64,000 nucleotides of DNA from an uncultured Alphaproteobacteria bacterium (GTDB taxonomy: Bacteria > Pseudomonadota > Alphaproteobacteria > Puniceispirillales > Puniceispirillaceae), in contig CAXEYO010000002.1 of the NCBI GenBank assembly GCA_964000485.1, positions 11,999 through 75,998 on the forward strand. Reading direction: 5' to 3'. Position numbers and translations under genes: made by a program. The notes beneath the pieces were generated by a model, which saw only the letters and a program-made list of their open reading frames with translations, was not told where the DNA came from and ran no database searches. This document shows positions 58,863 to 64,000 of this stretch, in pieces. Each line of letters starts with the position of its first letter. Position 1 is the stretch's first letter.

Positions 58863-59183
58863 ATGAAACAGACACGCAAAACACCTTCTTATATTTTCCT
58901 TGATTTGGCGCAGATGGCCAATGGGGCTGCTTCCGCATTGGGCAATCTGCGATCTGAAATTGATGTGATTCGGGCCGGGCGTGCAGATCGGCAGGCTGCT
59001 GCCTCAGGGTCTGTTCCGCGTGAGGATTTCGATGCTGCTCTCAGCCGTATAGAGGCCCTTGCGGCGCGAATCGCCTTACTAGAGGCCCGTCTTGATGCTC
59101 TGGCACATACCCCGGTGACGACAAAAACTAAATCCGCCCGGCCCGCGAAAGCAAAATCAGCAAAAAAGGCAAAAAAAGTCTGA
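58863..59183 (+). CDS. Accessory factor UbiK family protein
   Basis: DLAQMANGA, VPREDFDA, coiled coil; divergent from lgt as is typical in alphaproteobacteria. Confidence 0.75.
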   Translation: MKQTRKTPSYIFLDLAQMANGAASALGNLRSEIDVIRAGRADRQAAASGSVPREDFDAALSRIEALAARIALLEARLDALAHTPVTTKTKSARPAKAKSAKKAKKV

Positions 59184-59386
59184 TCAGTGCCGACTCGTTG
59201 CGAATGCTTAATTTTTTGTAAATACCACAAGAAAATGTGGTCTAGATTTGTTAAGACCCCTACATTTTGTGTTGAATTCATCTGGCAAGTTTGTCATTTT
59301 CATCCAGGTTGATGCTCCTGTGCTGTCAGGGTTTATGACCGCTCAGCCCTCGCGCATTAGAACGGTCGAAGTAAAAGGGCCTGACA

Positions 59387-59890
59387 ATGAAGGACAGATC
59401 GTCTGTTAACTTTTCCGAACTGGGTGACCCGATTGAGCTGGTTGCCCGTTTTGTGGTTCAGCAGGACTGGTATTTAAAACAGACTCACGCTAATGGTTTG
59501 GTGGTGGACGTTCCTGGCCAATGGGGTCATTATCAGCTGCGAGTTGACTGGCAGGAGAACTTACAGGTTCTGTGTGCGCATGTCATGCTTGATTTTCTGT
59601 TTGACGATGTGCCGGCAGTACGGTTGGAAACACTGTTATCTGAACTGAATGGACATCTTTTTCTCGGCCATTTCCGGCGGTCCTCTGACAAGCGCCAGGT
59701 TCAGCTTTATTATGTGCTGCCGCTGCGCGGGGCAGGTGGAGCCACGCCTGAGCAGATTGAGGATGTGGTCGATATTCTGCTGGGCCAGTGTGAACAGGCT
59801 GCCCCTGGTTTTGCTCAGCTTGTCTTTGCCCCTGACCGGCAAGCGTTATCTGCAGACCTTATTATGGTTCCAGTTGCTGGCCAAGCGTAA
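59387..59890 (+). CDS. YbjN domain protein
   Basis: DPIELV, G.WG.Y, LN..L.LGHF, PGF; located between ubiK-like and proC. Confidence 0.75.
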   Translation: MKDRSSVNFSELGDPIELVARFVVQQDWYLKQTHANGLVVDVPGQWGHYQLRVDWQENLQVLCAHVMLDFLFDDVPAVRLETLLSELNGHLFLGHFRRSSDKRQVQLYYVLPLRGAGGATPEQIEDVVDILLGQCEQAAPGFAQLVFAPDRQALSADLIMVPVAGQA

Positions 59891-60009
59891 GCCTGGTTTC
59901 TATGTTTCTTGGCTGATTGATAAGAACGCTTGATTTGTATTGAGCTCAAACGCTATTCTGCTGGCGGTCAGACTTTAGGGACGTAGGCCTCGCTGCTGAA
60001 CAGATTAGG

Positions 60010-60822
60010 GTGAATGTGATGGAAATCTGCCTGATTGGATGCGGAAAAATGGGGACGGCGCTGCTTGCAGGCTGGCAACAAGATAGCCAGCTTAAGGCGT
60101 CATTTACAGTGATTGATCCTGCCCTTAACGGCTCACCGGATCACCAAGCATCACGCTATCTGCACCAGCTGTCTGATTTGGAAACCGGCTATCAGCCAGA
60201 TCTTGTGGTTCTAGCTGTGAAGCCGCAGATGATGGCATCTGTCCTGACTGGCCTGTCTGGTCTAGGAGATGAGACGACCTGTTTTCTGTCTATTGCCGCG
60301 GGCCTATCAACAGCCCGGCTGGCGATCCAGCTGGGGCGGTCTGCCCGCTGGCTGCGAGTGATGCCAAATACCCCAGCCGCTATTGGTCAAGGGATTTCTG
60401 CTTTATATGCCGCGCCTGATGTGCCGCTGGAGATGATCAACCTGTCCCGGCAGCTGATGGGCGTGGTTGGTGAAGTTGTTGATCTGGCGGATGAAGCCTT
60501 AATGGATGCGGTCACGGCGCTGTCCGGCTCAGGCCCAGCCTATGTGTTTCTGTTAGCTGAAGTGATGGCAGCTGCAGGCGAGAAACTGGGGCTGCCTGCA
60601 GATCTATCTGTTCATCTAGCTCGTCAAACGGTATGTGGGGCTGGGGCGCTGATGGCCGCCGAACCAGCCACAGAGGCAGGACAGTTGCGCCGCAATGTTA
60701 CATCTGAAGGAGGAACCACCGCAGCTGCTCTTGCTGTGCTGCAGGCCGATGATGGGCTGCAGCCAGTCTTCGACCGGGCTTTGCGGGCAGCCCGTGACAG
60801 AGGCCGAGAACTGGATAGTTAA
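60010..60822 (+). CDS. proC: Pyrroline-5-carboxylate reductase
   Basis: GCGKMG, LAVKPQ, RVMPNTP, TALSGSGPAY, VTSEGGTT. Confidence 0.97.
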   Translation: MNVMEICLIGCGKMGTALLAGWQQDSQLKASFTVIDPALNGSPDHQASRYLHQLSDLETGYQPDLVVLAVKPQMMASVLTGLSGLGDETTCFLSIAAGLSTARLAIQLGRSARWLRVMPNTPAAIGQGISALYAAPDVPLEMINLSRQLMGVVGEVVDLADEALMDAVTALSGSGPAYVFLLAEVMAAAGEKLGLPADLSVHLARQTVCGAGALMAAEPATEAGQLRRNVTSEGGTTAAALAVLQADDGLQPVFDRALRAARDRGRELDS

Positions 60823-60903
60823 GCAACATGCACCCATATCAGATGAACAACACAGAGAATGATATGGCCTGCTTGTAAAAAGGCGTTTTAAAAGGATAGT
60901 GTA

Positions 60904-61560
60904 ATGACAGATTTTGGGCATATTGCAGCTGACCAGATGGACCAGGCCCTGTTTGCAGCGCTGTGGTTTGCCCTTGACCAGCAGCCGCTTGGGGTTATCA
61001 GCCTTGAACAGCTGGCGGATGAAGCCAGTTTGGCAATCACAGATCTGTATGTTCGTTATGCTGATAGCGATGCTGTTTTGCTGGCCGCTCTGGGTGCGCT
61101 AGATGCGGCTGCGCTTCGCCAGTCCGCCGATGATTTTGCTGATGTACCTGAGGCATCTGTCCGCGAAAAGCTGCTGGAAGGGCTAATCAGCCGGTTTGAA
61201 CTTTATGCTCCTTTAAGGGTGCAGATGAATGCAGTTCACAGCGCTGCCCAGCGCAATCCTGTGTTAGCGGCCTGTCTGTTGGCGAGGCTGGTAGATATGA
61301 CAGATCGCCTGCTGTCCTTATGTGGGGATGAGGTCACTGGCTGGCGGCGGCAGGCGCGGATTAAAGGAATTGTGGCTGTGCTGCTGCGAGTACGGCCTGT
61401 TTGGCAGTCTGATGACACAGCTGATTTGTCGCTGACCTTAAGCAGCCTGGATAAAGAACTGCGGCGGGCAGCGGAATGGGCGGTATCTTTTCGTGTTCTT
61501 GATGCTGCTGATCTGGATGACGCTGACGCACCCCAGACCTCAAAACAAGAACCAGTTTGA
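60904..61560 (+). CDS. TetR-like helical protein
   Basis: Degenerate N-terminal HTH, REKLLE.L..RF, W..DD..DL..T...LD. Confidence 0.7.
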   Translation: MTDFGHIAADQMDQALFAALWFALDQQPLGVISLEQLADEASLAITDLYVRYADSDAVLLAALGALDAAALRQSADDFADVPEASVREKLLEGLISRFELYAPLRVQMNAVHSAAQRNPVLAACLLARLVDMTDRLLSLCGDEVTGWRRQARIKGIVAVLLRVRPVWQSDDTADLSLTLSSLDKELRRAAEWAVSFRVLDAADLDDADAPQTSKQEPV

Positions 61561-61633
61561 AAGCAGAAACACAAAAATACCTGATGTTAAGCAGGTTAGG
61601 AGACATTTTGAACAGGAATAAAAGGCAAGCATT

Positions 61634-61984
61634 ATGACATCAGCAAAACCACAGGTAAGTTTCGATCAGTTCCTGGATGTGGATATCCGCGTCGGCACAA
61701 TTATCACTGTAGAGGACTTTCCGGAGGCCCGCAAACCTGCCTGGAAGCTGACCATTGATTTTGGGTCAGATATCGGGGTAAAAAAAAGTTCAGCTCAGAT
61801 AACAGATCTTTATGATGCTGTCAGTCTAAGAGGGCTTCAGGTGATGGCGGTGGTTAATTTTCCGCCGCGCCAGATCGGCCCCTTCATTTCAGAAGTACTG
61901 ACCCTCGGCTTGTCAGATGCTGATGGTGCTATTGTGCTGCTCATCCCAGAACGCCCAGTGCCCGATGGCGCACTGATGCATTGA
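61634..61984 (+). CDS. csaA: tRNA-binding protein CsaA
   Basis: VDIRVGTI, FPEARKPA, SSAQIT, VNFPPRQIG. Confidence 0.93.
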   Translation: MTSAKPQVSFDQFLDVDIRVGTIITVEDFPEARKPAWKLTIDFGSDIGVKKSSAQITDLYDAVSLRGLQVMAVVNFPPRQIGPFISEVLTLGLSDADGAIVLLIPERPVPDGALMH

Positions 61985-62007
61985 CTAAGACGAACTCTAT
62001 TGTAATT

Positions 62008-63330
62008 TCATACAGGTAGCAGGATGGTTACGCGCAGACCGCCCAGCGGTGAGTCTTTCAGTGTTAGCTCGCCACCATGGCTAAGGATGATATCATGTGC
62101 TATCGCTAGGCCAAGGCCTGTGCCGCCTGTCTCTTTATTGCGCGAGCCTTCCAACCGCACAAAAGGTCTTAGTGCATCTGCACGCTGGTCAGGTGGAATG
62201 CCTGGTCCGTTGTCATCGATAAAGATGTATAGATTATCGTCACGGACCTTGAGTCTGATTTCTGCAAAACTAGCATAACGTAGTGCATTGCTAATTAAAT
62301 TATCAAGGGCGCGTCGCATGGCTTGTAAACGTATTTCCATTATGGGAACGTGTATTTCTGGCTTTTGCCAAGCCAACTGCCCAATTTTCAACTTTTCATA
62401 TTGGTTGATCATTTGCTCAAGTATTTGGTCCAGTCTCACTCTTACAGATTTTTCTCTACCCTCGCCTTTGGCAAAGGCAAGATAGCCATCAATCATTTGT
62501 TCTAGCTCAGAAATATCCTCATCGAGTGCGGCTGTCTCCGCTGATTGAGGCATAAGCGCTGTTTGTAAGCGCATACGTGTCAATGGTGTGCGCAGATCAT
62601 GGCTTACTCCGGCTAGCATGGCGGTGCGCTCACTCATCTGTCGAGTAATTCTGTGTCGCATCGCCTGGAAGGCACGTCCGGCCAACCTGACTTCCCTTGC
62701 ACCGCTTAACTGCCAATCTTCTGTCTCACGGCCCAACCCAAGTTGACGGGCGGCATTAGCCAACTGCCTAATAGGTTTGATTTGGGCCTGCATAAAGACC
62801 AAAGCGATACAGAACAAAATTATCGAGGAGCCCATTGTCCAGCCAAGAAATGCCCAAGTTGTTGACGATAGAATCCGCTTCCTGCCTGCTAGGATGCGAA
62901 GCACCCCGTTAGCCAGTTGAACATCAATGGCAATCAAATCTGCTGCACTATCCAAGTCAGCCAGCCATGGAAACTTTAGCCTTCTGTTGAGATTTTCAGC
63001 AAGCATTTTTGCAGCATAGCCGGTTTGTTTGACTTGTGGGCTTGTTGGATCAAGGATCGCCCCGTTGCTGAAAATCACGGCAAATCCAAAATCTCTCTGC
63101 GCACTAGTGCGCATTAGCTCGAGTCGTTCATCATCAGGCTGCCGGCCGGTCTGACGCACGACATGATCAATTTCTCCAGCCAAGCTCCCAGCCATCTGTC
63201 GTGTAACTGAATCCCAATGCCGTTCATAAAAGATAAAGACGGTAACAATCTGAACCAGTATCATTGGTACCAAAATAATCCCCAACATACGTCCAAAAAG
63301 AGTCTTTGGCATAAAGGAGCGGAATTGCAT
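62008..63330 (-). CDS. EnvZ-like sensor histidine kinase
   Basis: Two TM helices, HAMP domain, SHDLRTPLTR H-box, N/G1/G2 boxes. Confidence 0.93.
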   Translation of the reverse strand: MQFRSFMPKTLFGRMLGIILVPMILVQIVTVFIFYERHWDSVTRQMAGSLAGEIDHVVRQTGRQPDDERLELMRTSAQRDFGFAVIFSNGAILDPTSPQVKQTGYAAKMLAENLNRRLKFPWLADLDSAADLIAIDVQLANGVLRILAGRKRILSSTTWAFLGWTMGSSIILFCIALVFMQAQIKPIRQLANAARQLGLGRETEDWQLSGAREVRLAGRAFQAMRHRITRQMSERTAMLAGVSHDLRTPLTRMRLQTALMPQSAETAALDEDISELEQMIDGYLAFAKGEGREKSVRVRLDQILEQMINQYEKLKIGQLAWQKPEIHVPIMEIRLQAMRRALDNLISNALRYASFAEIRLKVRDDNLYIFIDDNGPGIPPDQRADALRPFVRLEGSRNKETGGTGLGLAIAHDIILSHGGELTLKDSPLGGLRVTILLPV

Positions 63331-63378
63331 GACCTATCCTTTTATCAAAAATATCAACATTTTTTTAATAGTAGCACT

Positions 63379-64000
63379 TCAGTTTGTTCGCAACATCCAG
63401 CCTTTCCCACGCACAGTCTGCAAGAATACAGGAAAACGGGAATCACGTTCAAGTTTTGTGCGTAGGCGGGCGACGGCCACATCAATCGACCGGCCATTCA
63501 TCCGACCCTTTAGGCTGTCTGAGATATTCTGACGGGACAGCACCTCATTCGGGGCGGCTGTAAAACAACATAACAACTCCTGTTCTGCAGTGGTGATGTG
63601 CACCCGAAGCCCGTCTTCCATTAGAATCTGTCTGTCTGTATCATAGCTGAACATACCAAAGTGTACCAGGCTTGGCATTTCTATTAGCTTCTGACGTGCT
63701 AAAATCCTCTTGATGCGCAGGATCAACTCACGAGGTTCAAATGGCTTGGCAACATAATCATCAGCCCCTGTTTCCAGTCCGGCAATCCTGTCTTCTGTTT
63801 CATTTATAGCGGTCAGGAACAGCGCTGGCACAGAAGATCGTTTGCGCAGGTCTGCCAAGAATTCTGTGCCGGTCTCTTCTGGCATCATCACATCAATAAC
63901 CAGGAGGTCAAACATCGTGCCAACTAGAAAGGCACGGGCTTCTTCGGCACTGCCTGCTGCGGTGACTAAAAACCCACTTTCAGACAGGAACCGCTGTAAT
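63379..64000 (-). CDS. OmpR-family response regulator (5' end lies outside the window)
   Basis: DVMMP, GADDYVAKPF, winged helix RSIDVAVARLR, QTVRGKG; frame open to the window edge. Confidence 0.95.
   Translation of the reverse strand, partial: LQRFLSESGFLVTAAGSAEEARAFLVGTMFDLLVIDVMMPEETGTEFLADLRKRSSVPALFLTAINETEDRIAGLETGADDYVAKPFEPRELILRIKRILARQKLIEMPSLVHFGMFSYDTDRQILMEDGLRVHITTAEQELLCCFTAAPNEVLSRQNISDSLKGRMNGRSIDVAVARLRTKLERDSRFPVFLQTVRGKGWMLRTN

Overview
A gene-dense chromosomal window from a marine alphaproteobacterium. SAR116/Puniceispirillales-like is inferred from gene order and content, not verified. Left to right: a PomA/PomB-type flagellar stator and an rpoN (sigma-54) gene outside its usual context, with three consensus -24/-12 sites nearby; an LmdC-like M23 peptidase divergent from three tandem bactofilins; several orphan small genes; hisI; an AT-rich TPR gene; carnitine catabolism genes; tupA and molybdopterin biosynthesis; a complete blue-tuned proteorhodopsin/retinal operon (PR-crtE-crtI-crtB-crtY-blh-idi); methylamine/dimethylglycine oxidation genes; tupBC; and a long core block (cca, hemF, petABC, ychF, pth, rplY, prs, lgt, proC, envZ/ompR-like). 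No rRNA, tRNA, CRISPR array or transposase was seen. The most interesting signals are: (1) an unannotated three-hairpin sRNA-like element downstream of the retinal operon whose two unpaired 9-mers are exactly complementary to two 9-mers in the proteorhodopsin 5' leader; (2) a sigma-54 mini-regulon around rpoN, including a 59-aa orphan; (3) three genes (TIGR02466-like oxygenase, HtrA-like protease, MttB-family methyltransferase) that look hollowed out by in-frame internal deletions; (4) the triple-bactofilin/M23 module. Family assignments come from motif recognition only; no searches were run.
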